Shown here piece after piece: positions 9,450 to 20,522 of a DNA stretch of 64,000 nt (position 1 is the stretch's first letter; each line of letters begins with the position of its first letter). Location: the NCBI GenBank assembly GCA_963787835.1, contig CAWBEI010000002.1, positions 1,568,001 to 1,632,000 on the forward strand, written 5' to 3'. The notes beneath the pieces are model-generated. The model worked only from the letters and a program-made list of their open reading frames with translations. It did not search any database and was not told the DNA's origin. The position numbers were made by a program, and so were the translations under genes. The DNA comes from Ignavibacteriota bacterium. GTDB lineage: Bacteria > Bacteroidota > Ignavibacteria > Palsa-1295.

Positions 9450-10739
9450 ATGAGCCTGATCGACGAAGAACTAACCCTCGAACGCCCGGATACTCTGGAA
9501 GTAGCGCCACGCCAACGGATTCTCGATGCGTTGATGTCGAAGGACACGACCGTCTCGATGGATGAGGATGCGCTGGAGCATGAGATGGTGCTCAACATGG
9601 GCCCACAGCATCCCGCTACGCACGGCGTGCTTCGCGTTCTGCTACGGCTCGATGGCGAAACCGTTGTCAGAGCCGAGAGCGAACTCGGCTATCTTCATCG
9701 CGGCTACGAAAAGCTCGCGGAGAATATGACCTATCACGAGTTCATCCCGCACACCGATCGACTCGATTATATTTCGCCAGTTGCCAACAACGTCGCATAC
9801 TGCATGGCCGTCGAGAAGCTTCTGAAACTGGAACTTCCGAAACGTGGGCAGTATATTCGTGTGATCTGCTGTGAGTTAGCACGCATTTCGTCGCATTTGA
9901 TGGCGATGGGTGCGCTTGCAATGGATGTTGGGGCGCTCACGGTATTCGTATGGGCGTTGCGCGAACGCGAAAAACTTTACGATATTTTTGATGTACTGAC
10001 CGGCGTGCGCTTTACCGTCAGCTATATGCGTATTGGTGGTATGGCACAGGATATTGCCGATGATTCCATCACAATGATCCGTGCATTCCTTGATGGACTT
10101 CCTGAAGCGATCAACGAGATCGCGGCAATGCTGCACAAGAACCGCATTTTTATCGAGCGTACTTCTGGTATCGGCATTATGCCGCCGGACGAAGCGCTCG
10201 ATCTTGGCTGGACCGGCCCGAATCTTCGTGGATGCGGCATTCCGTCTGATCTTCGGCGCGATAATCCCTATCTCGTCTATAACGAACTTGATTTCGATGT
10301 CATCACGCGCACGGAGTGCGATGTGCTTGCACGATACTTATGCCGATTCGATGAAATTAGGCAATCGGCGAAGATCATTAAACAGTGTCTCGATAATCTT
10401 CCAAAAGGCGATTATTCTTCGCGCGATGCAAAGAACGTCATTCCCAAAAAAGGACAGGTCTATAGCGGGATGGAAGACTTGATCAACGATTTCATGCTCG
10501 TGAATTTTGGCCAGTCTGCTCCGGTCGGTGAAGTGTATCACGCGATCGAGGCCGCGAAAGGGGAATTAGGGTGGTATCTTGTTTCGAATGGCACGGGGTT
10601 CCCATGGCGCAGTAAGATCCGAAGCCCAAGCTTCGTAAATCTTCAGGCGCTTTCGCGCCTGCTCGAAGGCGCCATGATCTCGGATATTGTAGCCATCATC
10701 GGCTCGATCGATCCGATCATGGGTGAGGCGGATAAGTAA
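9450..10739 (+). CDS. nuoD: NADH-quinone oxidoreductase subunit D
   Basis: NMGPQHPATHGVLR, GYLHRGYEK, DRLDY, GEADK. Confidence 0.98.
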   Translation: MSLIDEELTLERPDTLEVAPRQRILDALMSKDTTVSMDEDALEHEMVLNMGPQHPATHGVLRVLLRLDGETVVRAESELGYLHRGYEKLAENMTYHEFIPHTDRLDYISPVANNVAYCMAVEKLLKLELPKRGQYIRVICCELARISSHLMAMGALAMDVGALTVFVWALREREKLYDIFDVLTGVRFTVSYMRIGGMAQDIADDSITMIRAFLDGLPEAINEIAAMLHKNRIFIERTSGIGIMPPDEALDLGWTGPNLRGCGIPSDLRRDNPYLVYNELDFDVITRTECDVLARYLCRFDEIRQSAKIIKQCLDNLPKGDYSSRDAKNVIPKKGQVYSGMEDLINDFMLVNFGQSAPVGEVYHAIEAAKGELGWYLVSNGTGFPWRSKIRSPSFVNLQALSRLLEGAMISDIVAIIGSIDPIMGEADK

Positions 10740-10751
10740 GGAAAACTGACT

Positions 10752-11416
10752 ATGAGAGTGTTCGGATGGTTCTTAAGCATCTCTCTTCTTATAGCGACAT
10801 CCATCCACGCTCAGGGCTATCATTCGCTCACTGGAGTCTATGCGATAAAAGTGGGTTCCAAACTCCGTCCGGATTTGGGCTCATTAGAAATATTGCAACT
10901 GCCTGACCATAAGATTAAATTTCATTTATCACTTAGCCGAGGCGCGCCGGATTATAATGAAGGTGAATCAGAAGACATCGTCGAACTAAATGGGAACGAC
11001 GCGATCGATTCCATAGTATATGACCATCTCTGTGTTCTTCATTTTCATTCCGGGGGTAAGTCGGTTGAGGTCGATGTTGAAGGGACTGAAGAGTGTGGGT
11101 GGGGCTATGGTGTCACAGCTGATGGTACCTATCTTAAGGCTTCCACGCAGAAACCAAGTTTTTCATATGGCAGACCAGACTATGAGGTCATAGCAAAGAA
11201 GTGTTTTTTTTACGAAGATTCCCTTCTTACAAAACCGAAGAAGTCCTATCTGTTGAAAGGGGATAAGCTGGTTGATCTTACCCATAGCCTAACACGAGTC
11301 CGTGATCAAGACAACCCAACTATTGGACTCTATACAGAAATTTACAACAAAATCATCTCACGCTGACGTATGGCTGGATAGCAAAGAAAGACCTTGTGCG
11401 AATGCCGAGAAAGTAG
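10752..11416 (+). CDS. secreted hypothetical protein with probable C-terminal SH3-like domain; apparent 1-bp deletion near 11349-11352
   Basis: Signal peptide; KSYLLKGD motif; the alternative frame continues LTYGWIAKKDLVRMPRK*. Confidence 0.6.
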
Positions 11417-11464
11417 CCCCGATTTAGGTTTGAACGAATTCCTTCCCTTTCGCTTTATACAGGG

Positions 11465-11671
11465 ATGAAGACGAAAACACGAGTACCGGAATCGCGAAAA
11501 CCTCCTCGTTCAACTACTCGGACGGCTTCCAAAACGAAAGCTGCAGGAAAAGGGCGGTCTCGGAAGGCGGAGACACCGTATGATCGGGTAAAGCATCTGT
11601 TTGGTGTCTTAAAAGATCTCCCGTCTGATCTTTTGACCAACCCAAAATATTTTGAAGATTTTGGAAAATGA
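11465..11671 (+). CDS. putative VapB-type antitoxin
   Basis: C-terminus PSDLLTNPKYFEDFG typical of PIN-associated antitoxins; ATGA overlap with the toxin. Confidence 0.65.
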   Translation: MKTKTRVPESRKPPRSTTRTASKTKAAGKGRSRKAETPYDRVKHLFGVLKDLPSDLLTNPKYFEDFGK

Positions 11672-12093
11672 GCCGTTATCTGATCGTCGATACCGGTCCA
11701 CTCGTCGCTTCCTTAACCCCGAACGATCCGTTTTATTCCTAAGCTCGAGAACAATTCGAGACGCCCACAACAGCTTGGTTGACCTGTGATGCGGTTCTTA
11801 ATGAAGCATCTCACTTCGTTTCAAAAACTCGTGGTGGCCTTTCCGCGCTCCTCGATTTTGTAAATATAGCGCCTCTCAAGTTGCCGTTCCGATACGATGA
11901 AAATCGCGTTGAGATTCGAAAACTTATTGCTCAATATCATGATGTCCCCATATCCTTTGCCGATGCATGCCTCGTCCGCATATCAGAACTTTACCCAGAC
12001 GCGCCCATCCTCACGCTCGACAGCGATTTCCTGATCTATCGCAGAAACAAGAACGAGCGTCTGCCTGCGGTACTTCCTGACGAGCGCAGGTAA
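11668..12093 (+). pseudogene. vapC: VapC/PIN toxin with in-frame TAA at 11740-11742
   Basis: MSRYLIVDTGPLVA...FYS*AREQF...TCDAVLNEA...FADACLV...LTLDSDF. Confidence 0.8.
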
Positions 12094-12115
12094 TTCAATC
12101 GTGTAAAACACTACA

Positions 12116-12151
12116 CGCGACGCGAGCTTATGAAATAAGCTGCACGTCGCG
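12116..12151. terminator. hairpin between convergent genes, possible bidirectional terminator
   Basis: cgcgacg..agcttat-gaa-ataagct..cgtcgcg. Confidence 0.45.
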
Positions 12152-12172
12152 CGGTGCGAAAAGAAAAGTAAA

Positions 12173-12490
12173 TTACTTTTTCTTGGCCTTCGCTTTTGGC
12201 TTTGCAGCGGCCTTCGCCGGAGCCTTCTTTGCAGGGGCTTTGGCTTTTGCCGGAGCTTTCTTGGCCGGAGCCTTCTTCGCTTGCTTGGCGCGAAGCTCGC
12301 TCCAGAAGCCTGGATAGCTCATGCCCATCTCACGCAGGCGGCGATGCACTGCGCCTTTGTGGCATTGGAGCTCAATTGCGATCTCGGCGCCGGTGGCTCC
12401 TTTTTCGCGCATGCTCTTGATGACTTTGTCTTCCGCAGGCGAAAAGGGGCGCTGCGACTGCCGGTAACCTTTATATTTTTTAGCTGCCAT
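12173..12490 (-). CDS. small basic protein: HTH/Myb-like domain plus histone H1-like PAKK tail
   Basis: FSPAEDKVIKSMREKGATGAEIAIEL...AVHRRL followed by KKAPAKKAPAKAKAPAKK repeats. Confidence 0.75.
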   Translation of the reverse strand: MAAKKYKGYRQSQRPFSPAEDKVIKSMREKGATGAEIAIELQCHKGAVHRRLREMGMSYPGFWSELRAKQAKKAPAKKAPAKAKAPAKKAPAKAAAKPKAKAKKK

Positions 12491-12514
12491 GTCTCTATGT
12501 TGGTTTATGTGACT

Positions 12515-15070
12515 TTATTCTGCGGTGATTCGCATTTTGTAGAATGACCGCCAGACGAAAAATACCGAAACGGCGAAGAACCCAGCGGCAAGAACATGGC
12601 CCAACATGGAGCCAGCATCTGCTGTGAGTTTCACCGCCAATTCGACTGCCAGCAGTCCGAAAAGTGTGGTAAACTTGATTACAGGATTGAGCGCAACCGA
12701 AGAGGTATCCTTGAAGGGATCGCCGACGGTATCACCGACGACGGTTGCGTCGTGAAGGGGAGTGCCCTTCATCTTTAATTCCACTTCGACGATCTTCTTT
12801 GCATTGTCCCAAGCGCCTCCGGCATTTGCCATGAAGATCGCCTGATAGAGTCCAAAGATCGCAATGGAAATAAGGTAACCAATAAAGAAGAACGGATCGA
12901 CGAACGCGAACGCGAGCGTCGCAAAAAACACGGTCAGGAAGATATTAAACATCCCCTTCTGAGCATACTTTGTGCAGATCTCGACAACCTTCTTGCTATC
13001 CGAGACCGAAGCTTTTTCCACGCCTTCGAGTTTGATGTTCGCCTTGATGAATTCGACCGCGCGATACGCGCCCGTTGTTACGGCCTGAATAGAAGCGCCA
13101 GTGAACCAATAGATGATCGAGCCGCCGGTGATGAGGCCAAGCACGAACGGCGCATGAAGCAAGGAAAGACTGTCCAGATGAGAGGTCAGCCCATTGGTGA
13201 GCGCCATGATGATCGAGAAGATCATCGTCGTTGCGCCGACAACGGCTGTACCGATAAGCACCGGCTTTGCAGATGCTTTGAAGGTGTTGCCTGCGCCATC
13301 GTTCTCTTCGAGCAAGTGTTTTGCGCGCTCGAAGTTGACATCCACATTAAAATCTTTTTTAAGTTCTTGCTCGATCCCTGGGATCGTTTCGATCAAAGAA
13401 AGCTCATAGACCGATTGTGCATTATCTGTTACCGGGCCGTAGGAATCGACGGCGATGGTTACCGGTCCCATGCCGAGGAAGCCGAAGGCGATGAGTCCGA
13501 AGGCGAAAACGGCGGGTGCAAGCATCAGCGGCGTTTGTGTGCCTGGAAGCATCATGCCGAGTCCGTGCATACTCACAAAGTACCCAACTGCCATCAGGAT
13601 AACCATCGAAATACCGATCCAGTATGCCGAAAAATTACCGGCTACCAAACCAGAAAGAATATTCAGTGACGGGCCACCCTCGCGCGAGGAAGATACCACT
13701 TCCTTCACGTGGCCAGAGTTCGTAGAGGTAAACACTTTCACCAATTCCGGAATAACTGCGCCCGCAAGCGTTCCGCAGGAGATAATAGTGGAGAGTTTCC
13801 ACCAAAGTGTCGTACTGCCGCCAAGTACCGGGATCATGAGGTAAGAGACAAGATAGGTCAACCCAATGGAAATGATCGACGTGTACCACACGAGCGACGT
13901 AAGCGGCGTTTCGAAATTCATGTTATCCGAATTACCGTAGCGCGCCTTGGCGATAATGTTATTCAGGAAGTAAGCGCCGGAACTGGAGATGAGCATCATC
14001 ACGCGCATGGCAAAGATCCAGACGAGAAGCTGAACCTGCACTGTTGCATCGTGAACACCAAGAAGGATGAAGGTAATGAGCGCAACTCCTGTCACGCCGT
14101 ACGTCTCGAAGCCATCGGCGGAGGGTCCAACGGAATCGCCGGCGTTATCGCCGGTGCAATCGGCAATGACGCCGGGATTGCGAGCATCGTCCTCCTTGAT
14201 CTTGAAGACGATCTTCATCAGATCGCTGCCGATGTCTGCAATTTTGGTAAAGATACCGCCCGCAATTCTCAGCGCAGCAGCGCCAAGCGATTCACCGATC
14301 GCAAATCCGATAAAACATGGCCCGGCATAATACCCCGGCACAAAAAGCAGGATAAAAAGCATGATGAGCAACTCGACCGAAATAAGCATCATCCCGACGC
14401 TCATGCCGGATTGCAGCGGGATCGAGTAGATCGGGAACGGCTTGCCGCCAAGTCCGGCAAACGCCGTACGGGAGTTTGCGTAGGTATTGACGCGAATGCC
14501 AAACCATGCCACGCCATAGCTGCCCAGCACACCGATAATGCTAAAGAGCAGGATGATCGTTACCGTCAGGCCAACAGGATGGCCTGGTGTAGGCGCCAGC
14601 GCGCCAAAATAAAGACCTATGATGACCGCGATGAAGATCCAAAGAATAGCCAAGAACTTGCCCTGCGTAATAAGGTAGGTTTTGCAGGTCTCATAGATAA
14701 GCTCAGATATCTCTCGCATGGAGCGGTGAACCGGCATATTCTTTAGTTTGCGAAGGATCGAAAGACCGAAAAGAAGGCCCAGCGCACAAAAAACGAGCCC
14801 GATCATGAGCAAATTATGTCCGTCCATGCCCATGAAGGACACCTTCGAAAGGTCAGGCAGCACCAGATTAGCCTCGCCGCCGCCTGTTTCAGCAGGCATT
14901 GCCATGGGGGCGGCGGTATGAATATGTATTGCAGAGTCCACCTGGGAGATGGTCTGTGCCCGAGCGGAACCGTTCCAAGCATCGTCGGCGATGCTTGAAA
15001 CGGCTGCTACAAGGGCAAAAACGGCAAGAAAACGAGTCAACGAGCTAAGTTTCGGTCCTAAAAAGTGCAT
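12515..15070 (-). CDS. hppA: membrane-bound H+-translocating pyrophosphatase, K+-independent divergent type
   Basis: GGIFTKIADIGSDL, EDDARNPGVIADCTGDNAGD, GNTFKA, GDTVGDPFKD; start uncertain. Confidence 0.95.
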   Translation of the reverse strand: MHFLGPKLSSLTRFLAVFALVAAVSSIADDAWNGSARAQTISQVDSAIHIHTAAPMAMPAETGGGEANLVLPDLSKVSFMGMDGHNLLMIGLVFCALGLLFGLSILRKLKNMPVHRSMREISELIYETCKTYLITQGKFLAILWIFIAVIIGLYFGALAPTPGHPVGLTVTIILLFSIIGVLGSYGVAWFGIRVNTYANSRTAFAGLGGKPFPIYSIPLQSGMSVGMMLISVELLIMLFILLFVPGYYAGPCFIGFAIGESLGAAALRIAGGIFTKIADIGSDLMKIVFKIKEDDARNPGVIADCTGDNAGDSVGPSADGFETYGVTGVALITFILLGVHDATVQVQLLVWIFAMRVMMLISSSGAYFLNNIIAKARYGNSDNMNFETPLTSLVWYTSIISIGLTYLVSYLMIPVLGGSTTLWWKLSTIISCGTLAGAVIPELVKVFTSTNSGHVKEVVSSSREGGPSLNILSGLVAGNFSAYWIGISMVILMAVGYFVSMHGLGMMLPGTQTPLMLAPAVFAFGLIAFGFLGMGPVTIAVDSYGPVTDNAQSVYELSLIETIPGIEQELKKDFNVDVNFERAKHLLEENDGAGNTFKASAKPVLIGTAVVGATTMIFSIIMALTNGLTSHLDSLSLLHAPFVLGLITGGSIIYWFTGASIQAVTTGAYRAVEFIKANIKLEGVEKASVSDSKKVVEICTKYAQKGMFNIFLTVFFATLAFAFVDPFFFIGYLISIAIFGLYQAIFMANAGGAWDNAKKIVEVELKMKGTPLHDATVVGDTVGDPFKDTSSVALNPVIKFTTLFGLLAVELAVKLTADAGSMLGHVLAAGFFAVSVFFVWRSFYKMRITAE

Positions 15071-15123
15071 TCTATTTTGGTTGGGTACGGGATGGAGGTT
15101 GATTGATACAAACATCAGTCCCA

Positions 15124-15133
15124 CAAAAATACG
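15124..15133 (-). promoter_or_regulatory. -7 promoter element upstream of hppA
   Basis: CGTATTTTTG on the minus strand. Confidence 0.6.
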
Positions 15134-15218
15134 GAATTTTTCCCCGGGCGGCGTAAAAAGCTAAAAATCCCAGAATGATTCCGCTTACGTGGATTTTTTA
15201 TTAAAGCGTTGGTAGGGA

Positions 15219-16262
15219 CTAATTTCCTGCATGCCTCGGAATTTCCTCTTCCATGATCGCATCCGTCTTATCGTGGGAGGGTTCGTAGCCGTACATGAGG
15301 GGATTGGCAGCGAGGAACCGCTCGGCGTCTATGGCGGCCACGCAGCCGGTTCCGGCAGCAGTTACGGCCTGGCGATACACGTGATCCTGACAATCGCCGC
15401 AGGCGAACACCCCAGGGATATTGGTGAACGAAGTCTTACCCTTCGTTTCAATATAACCGACTTCATTCATTTCGATCAGGCCACGGAACAGTTCCGTGTT
15501 CGGCGAGTGGCCGATAGCGACGAACACGCCGTTCGTCGCAACCTGCTCCGTTGCGCCGGTCTTGGTATTCCGAAGAATTGCGCCATTGACCATCTTGCGG
15601 CCTTTCTCGTCAGTGGCGCCAAGTACCTCGATGATCTCCTGATGGGTGCGCCAGTGTATCTTACCGTTAGCTTTCGCACGGTCGAGCATAATTTTCGAAG
15701 CACGGAAATCGTCGCGGCGATGCACAAGCGTTACCGAATTACAAAAATGGGTGAGGTAATTTGCTTCTTCCATCGCAGTATCGCCACCCCCTACGATCAG
15801 CACATCCTGATTCTTAAAAAAGAATCCATCGCACGTAGCGCAGGCGCTGACGCCGTAGCCCATGTAAAGTTCCTCGGATGGAATGTCCAGCAATTTAGCG
15901 CGAGCGCCGGTCGCAATGATAACAGCATCGGCATGATACTTTTTATCGCCGGCATGAACGGTGAATGGCCGCCTGGATAGATCGACGGCAGTAGCAGTCT
16001 CGAATTTACAGACAGCACCGAAACGGGTTGCCTGTCGGCGCAGAATTTCCATCATTTCCGGCCCCTGCACGCCATGCTCGAAGCCCGGATAGTTCTCGAC
16101 TTCGGTTGTGATGGTCAGCTGTCCACCGGGCTGATCGCCTTCGAGCACAACGGGAGAAAGATTGGCGCGGGCTGTATATAAAGCAGCGGTCAATCCGGCA
16201 GGACCCGAACCGATGATAAGAACCGGATGAACTTCGTGGCGATGAAGGTGTGTGTGGGGCAT
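15219..16262 (-). CDS. trxB: thioredoxin-disulfide reductase
   Basis: GSGPAG, CATCDG, GGGDTA, FACGD. Confidence 0.97.
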   Translation of the reverse strand: MPHTHLHRHEVHPVLIIGSGPAGLTAALYTARANLSPVVLEGDQPGGQLTITTEVENYPGFEHGVQGPEMMEILRRQATRFGAVCKFETATAVDLSRRPFTVHAGDKKYHADAVIIATGARAKLLDIPSEELYMGYGVSACATCDGFFFKNQDVLIVGGGDTAMEEANYLTHFCNSVTLVHRRDDFRASKIMLDRAKANGKIHWRTHQEIIEVLGATDEKGRKMVNGAILRNTKTGATEQVATNGVFVAIGHSPNTELFRGLIEMNEVGYIETKGKTSFTNIPGVFACGDCQDHVYRQAVTAAGTGCVAAIDAERFLAANPLMYGYEPSHDKTDAIMEEEIPRHAGN

Positions 16263-16336
16263 CTATATTAATAAATCAAAGAAGAATCGTCACTATAATC
16301 ACAAAAAAAAATGTAATTCGGTTCAGTGTTGCCTCC

Positions 16337-16483
16337 TGTCATTCTGAGCGGAGCACATTTTCACAAAGCGAAAATGTGCGGAGTCGAAGAATCTCATGCA
16401 GTTCACCTCAGTGGGAAATCACAAGAGATCCTTCGACTTCGTTATTCCCTCCTTCGTCGGGAATAACTACGCTCAGGATGACA
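16337..16483. repeat. cruciform palindromic element (tgtcattctgagcg...cgctcaggatgaca)
   Basis: Terminal IRs, inner gtcgaagaatctc/gagatccttcgac stem and two side hairpins; related to 23335-23501. Confidence 0.82.
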
Positions 16484-16533
16484 TCGAAATATAAATCAGG
16501 ATGAAAGTCACTTTGTAACTGTTTGAGGGCGCA

Positions 16534-17716
16534 ATGTTTAAGAACAAGGCACTCATTCCTATCGCGATCGTCGTCTTTGTCGATCTGCTTGGCTTTTCGA
16601 TCATTTTGCCGCTTCTGCCGTATTATGCACGGACGTTTAACGCATCACCTGAGATGATCGGATATCTTGTAGCCAGCTATTCGGTATGCCAGTTCATAGC
16701 ATCGCCGATCTTAGGAGGGCTGAGCTGACCGATTCGGCAGACGTCCGCTTCTCATCTATTCTCAACTTGGCTCGATGGCGGGATTTATCTTGCTTGGGAT
16801 AGCAAATTCGCTGCCGATATTATTTTTATCCCGAATCATCGATGGTATCAGTGGCGGCAATTTAACAATTGCTCAGGCGTACATTGCGGATGTGACTCCT
16901 CCGAAAGAACGGGCCGGAGCGCTGGCCATCATTGGCATTGGCTTCGGGTTGGGTTTCGTCGTCGGCCCCCCGATAGGCGGGTTGCTGGCAACGCAATTCG
17001 GATTTTCTGCGCCGGCATTCGCCGGTGCATTTTTCGCGCTTTGCAGCACCTCGTTAACGGCGTTCTATCTAAAAGAGCATCAGCACGTCCGCGATGAAAA
17101 TGCTAAGACTGGCCTGAATTATTATGTGAGGGTCATTGAATATCTTCGGGATCAAAATTTGCGAAAGCTGCTATTAACGTTCCTGTTCTTTGCATTGCCA
17201 TTCTCGCTCTATGTTTCGATGTTCTCGCTCTTTGCGATGACAGCACTTCAATTTACGACTCAGCAAGTTGGGTTATTTCTTGGGTTTGTCGGCTTGCTTG
17301 GTGTTCTTTGGCAAGGGGTGGTTATTCGGCCATTGGTGAGAAAGATCGGGGAAGTGAGATCATTGCGGATCGGGCTGATCTCCATGGTTCTCGGTTTGGT
17401 GGGGCTGGCTTTGGCACGAACTACTCTTGGGCTTGTCGCGATAGCGATCCTGTTCTCCTTTGGCACTGGCGTGACGCGCCCTACACTTTCGAGCCTTATC
17501 ACGCAGCTTGCACCACCGAAGCGCAAAGGCGGTGCATTAGGAGTATCGGCCTCGCTCGAAAGTTTTTCCCGTTCTGTCGCCCCTATTCTTGGAGGATGGA
17601 TCATCGGCGGCCTGCATCCCAATTGGATAGGCTATGTCGGCGCTATGATGGCATCGGTTGCGGTTGTTCTTGCCTTTGGAATAACGAGAGATAGTCATGA
17701 ACTGGCTCACGATTGA
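16534..17716 (+). pseudogene. TetA-like MFS transporter, +1 frameshift at 16726 (possibly a sequencing error)
   Basis: Removing one T restores motif A GGLSDRFGRRP and fuses ORFs 16534..16728 and 16775..17716. Confidence 0.85.
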
Positions 17717-17732
17717 ATCGGTTGCTTATAGC

Positions 17733-20516
17733 ATGACCAAGAAGATTACCGTTGTCCTGTTCGTCCTATCGCTCATCGCAGTGCTGCAAATGGACTGGCA
17801 ATATGAGAAGCAATATCAGCGAACACAAGGGCATCATGCTTTGATGGAAAATGGTGAGGCTCATCAATATTGGGACTATCTTCGTCTGCGAGACCCGGCG
17901 ACCGGGGAGATCCCTCGTGGCATTCACACTCGCGAGTTAGCGTTTGCTGAAACCATTGGCAACAACCGGCCAGCATTAAAGAGCCTTTCAACAATTCAAA
18001 CGACCGGGTGGCAATCTGCCGGTCCTATCAATGCCGGTGGAAGAACGCAGGCGATCGGTGTCGATGTATCGAACGAGGCGAACGTCCTCATCGCCACCGC
18101 GCAGGGCGGAGTGTTTCGGTCAACCGATAGCGGCCAATCATGGACAAGAACGACGGCTCCTGGTCAGTTGAAAGACATGAGTTCCCTCGTTCAGGATACT
18201 CGACATGGTAAGACCGGCGTTTGGTATGCCGGAACTGGAGAGCTGATCAGCACCGTCTGGCGGCGAACCTCGAACGATCTCGATGTCAATTGGCATAGTC
18301 CGGACATTGGGAATGGAATTTATAAATCCACCGACAGTGGGGTGACATGGAATGTGCTTCCTTCTACCGTTGATGCTACGCCGACCGTGCTGGATAGTGT
18401 ATTCGACGGCGTGTGGAATATCGCGGTCGATAATTCCCGGAATGATTCCGACATCGTGTATGCGGCAGGTTACGGAGCCATCATGCGGTCGAACAATGGC
18501 GGCGTTACGTGGACGCATATCTTAGGCGACCGGGTTAACTTATCTGTTGCTACCGATGTAGCCATTACATCGACCGGGATCATTTATGCCTTTCTCAGTG
18601 GGGAATCCTCGACGGATGCGACGCCTTCGCAAGCTGGGGCGTGGAGATCGACAGATGGTTTGCACTGGACGAGCATTACACCATCTGGCTGGCCAACTGC
18701 CGCTGCCAGAATGCGCATCGCGATTGCTCCTTCGAATGAAGATACCGTGTATTTTGGTGGACTATCCTCTGCCGATGGATACACGCCTACTTTATTTTTA
18801 TATGCCTACAAATCCGGCAATGGCTCCGGATCGGGCGGTGCGTGGGAAGATCGTTCCTCAAATGTTCCGGCCCCACAGAGCCAGCATGATGCCAACGGCG
18901 TAAACACCTATGGCGGTTATGCGGTAGCACTCAAGGTGCTGCCCACGGATCCGAACGTTGTATTCATGGGGGGTACAAATCTCTTCCGTTCTACCGACGG
19001 CTTTCAAACTCCCGATAACATTAGCTGGATCGGTGGATATTACGAACCTTATTTGCAGGGGGAATCAGATAGCCAGAGTTATCCGAACCACCATCCCGAT
19101 AATCATGATCTGGCATTCCGTCCCTCTAATCCTAACGTGCTTTATTCCGCGAATGATGGCGGCATTTATGTTTCCCACGATTGCCAGGACAATAATGGAA
19201 CCGCCCAGCCAATTGAATGGACGATCCTCAATTCCAACGATCCCGCGAGCATTCTTTACGCTGTTGCGATGGATCATGCCACACCCGGCGACACGACGCT
19301 CATCGGAGGCTTTCAGGATCAGGGAAGCTGGCTTGCCTACGGCGGAAATTATTGGCAGCAATACGATGGTGGTGATGGATGCAATTGTGCCATTGCCGAT
19401 CATAAGGCGGCCTATTATATGTCATCTCAGAATGGTTACATCGATCAGTGGTTTCTGGAGCCAGATTTTTCCGTGGATTCCGTGGTCGGCATTGGGTCCG
19501 GTTTTGGTGATCCTCAATTCGTTACTCCTTGGATGCTCGACCCTGCGGATAACAGCCAAATGTATTATTCGGCCGGTAATTCGATATGGAGCAATTCCAA
19601 CTTATTGGTTGATCCAGCCGGAAACTGGGGACAGATCCCAACTCCGAGCATCGCGGAGAACAACTATTTCACAGCCCTTGGCATGTCCGTGCTGCCTGCT
19701 CACCGGTTGTATTATGGAACCAGTGATGGTCATGTGTATCGCACCGATGAGGCAGATGGCACTTCGCCCTCGACATTGGAAATTACCGGTTCCAGTTTTC
19801 CGGCAGGCGCTTTTGTATCGTGCATCGCCGTTGATCCTCAGAATGCGGATAGCATTGTTGTATGTTTTTCGAATTACGATGTCATCAGTATTTTTGCTTC
19901 GAATGATGGCGGCACAACGTGGCATGATGCGAGCGGCAATCTCGAGCAAAATCCCGATGGTTCCGGGGACGGCCCATCCGTTCGCTGGGTGACGATTGTG
20001 CATCAGAAAGGCCAGACGCTGTATCTTTGTGGCACAAGCGTGGGGCTCTTCTCAACGACGGATATATCCGGCCCGAATGTGCAATGGAATCCCGAAGGTA
20101 CGGAAACGATCGGTCATGCGATCGTGGAGAGCATGGATGTGCGGCAATCCGATGGCTATGTAGCCATCGCCACGCAAGGTTCGGGAGTTTATACCACGCA
20201 TGTTTCTGCCGCACCGAGTAATGTTACCTCAGGGTCGGTGGCAACAACGGGACTTAGTATTTTCCCGAATCCTGCAACGCTTGGTAACGATAAGCAAATA
20301 ACGGTTTCGTTCTCGTTGCCGGGTAGAGAGCAGGTAAGCCTGTCTGTGCATGATGTTACCGGCAAGACGGTTCTAATAGCGCCGAATGGCAGTGAATGGC
20401 CTCCCGGTGTTAATAATATTTCCCTCGATTGCTCTACCCTTCCAACAGGTTCCTATTTTGTAGAATTACAGACGGGTGAAGCCGTTGAAACGCGGCGATT
20501 GGTGATCGAGCGGTAG
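17733..20516 (+). CDS. BNR/Asp-box beta-propeller protein with T9SS C-terminal domain
   Basis: Repeated STDSGxxW/SNDGGxxW, GPINAGGRT; C-terminal IFPNPA...GSYFVEL...RLVIER. Confidence 0.85.
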   Translation: MTKKITVVLFVLSLIAVLQMDWQYEKQYQRTQGHHALMENGEAHQYWDYLRLRDPATGEIPRGIHTRELAFAETIGNNRPALKSLSTIQTTGWQSAGPINAGGRTQAIGVDVSNEANVLIATAQGGVFRSTDSGQSWTRTTAPGQLKDMSSLVQDTRHGKTGVWYAGTGELISTVWRRTSNDLDVNWHSPDIGNGIYKSTDSGVTWNVLPSTVDATPTVLDSVFDGVWNIAVDNSRNDSDIVYAAGYGAIMRSNNGGVTWTHILGDRVNLSVATDVAITSTGIIYAFLSGESSTDATPSQAGAWRSTDGLHWTSITPSGWPTAAARMRIAIAPSNEDTVYFGGLSSADGYTPTLFLYAYKSGNGSGSGGAWEDRSSNVPAPQSQHDANGVNTYGGYAVALKVLPTDPNVVFMGGTNLFRSTDGFQTPDNISWIGGYYEPYLQGESDSQSYPNHHPDNHDLAFRPSNPNVLYSANDGGIYVSHDCQDNNGTAQPIEWTILNSNDPASILYAVAMDHATPGDTTLIGGFQDQGSWLAYGGNYWQQYDGGDGCNCAIADHKAAYYMSSQNGYIDQWFLEPDFSVDSVVGIGSGFGDPQFVTPWMLDPADNSQMYYSAGNSIWSNSNLLVDPAGNWGQIPTPSIAENNYFTALGMSVLPAHRLYYGTSDGHVYRTDEADGTSPSTLEITGSSFPAGAFVSCIAVDPQNADSIVVCFSNYDVISIFASNDGGTTWHDASGNLEQNPDGSGDGPSVRWVTIVHQKGQTLYLCGTSVGLFSTTDISGPNVQWNPEGTETIGHAIVESMDVRQSDGYVAIATQGSGVYTTHVSAAPSNVTSGSVATTGLSIFPNPATLGNDKQITVSFSLPGREQVSLSVHDVTGKTVLIAPNGSEWPPGVNNISLDCSTLPTGSYFVELQTGEAVETRRLVIER

Positions 20517-20522
20517 GGAACC

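Noticed and set aside
13154-14746. Long opposite-strand ORFs (e.g. 13709..14746, also 2509..3261 and 15231..15980)
   Set aside because: Antisense shadows of well-conserved genes with no recognisable motifs.
18958-19992. 344-aa alternative-frame ORF inside the BNR protein gene
   Set aside because: Fully nested, with a composition typical of an off-frame translation.
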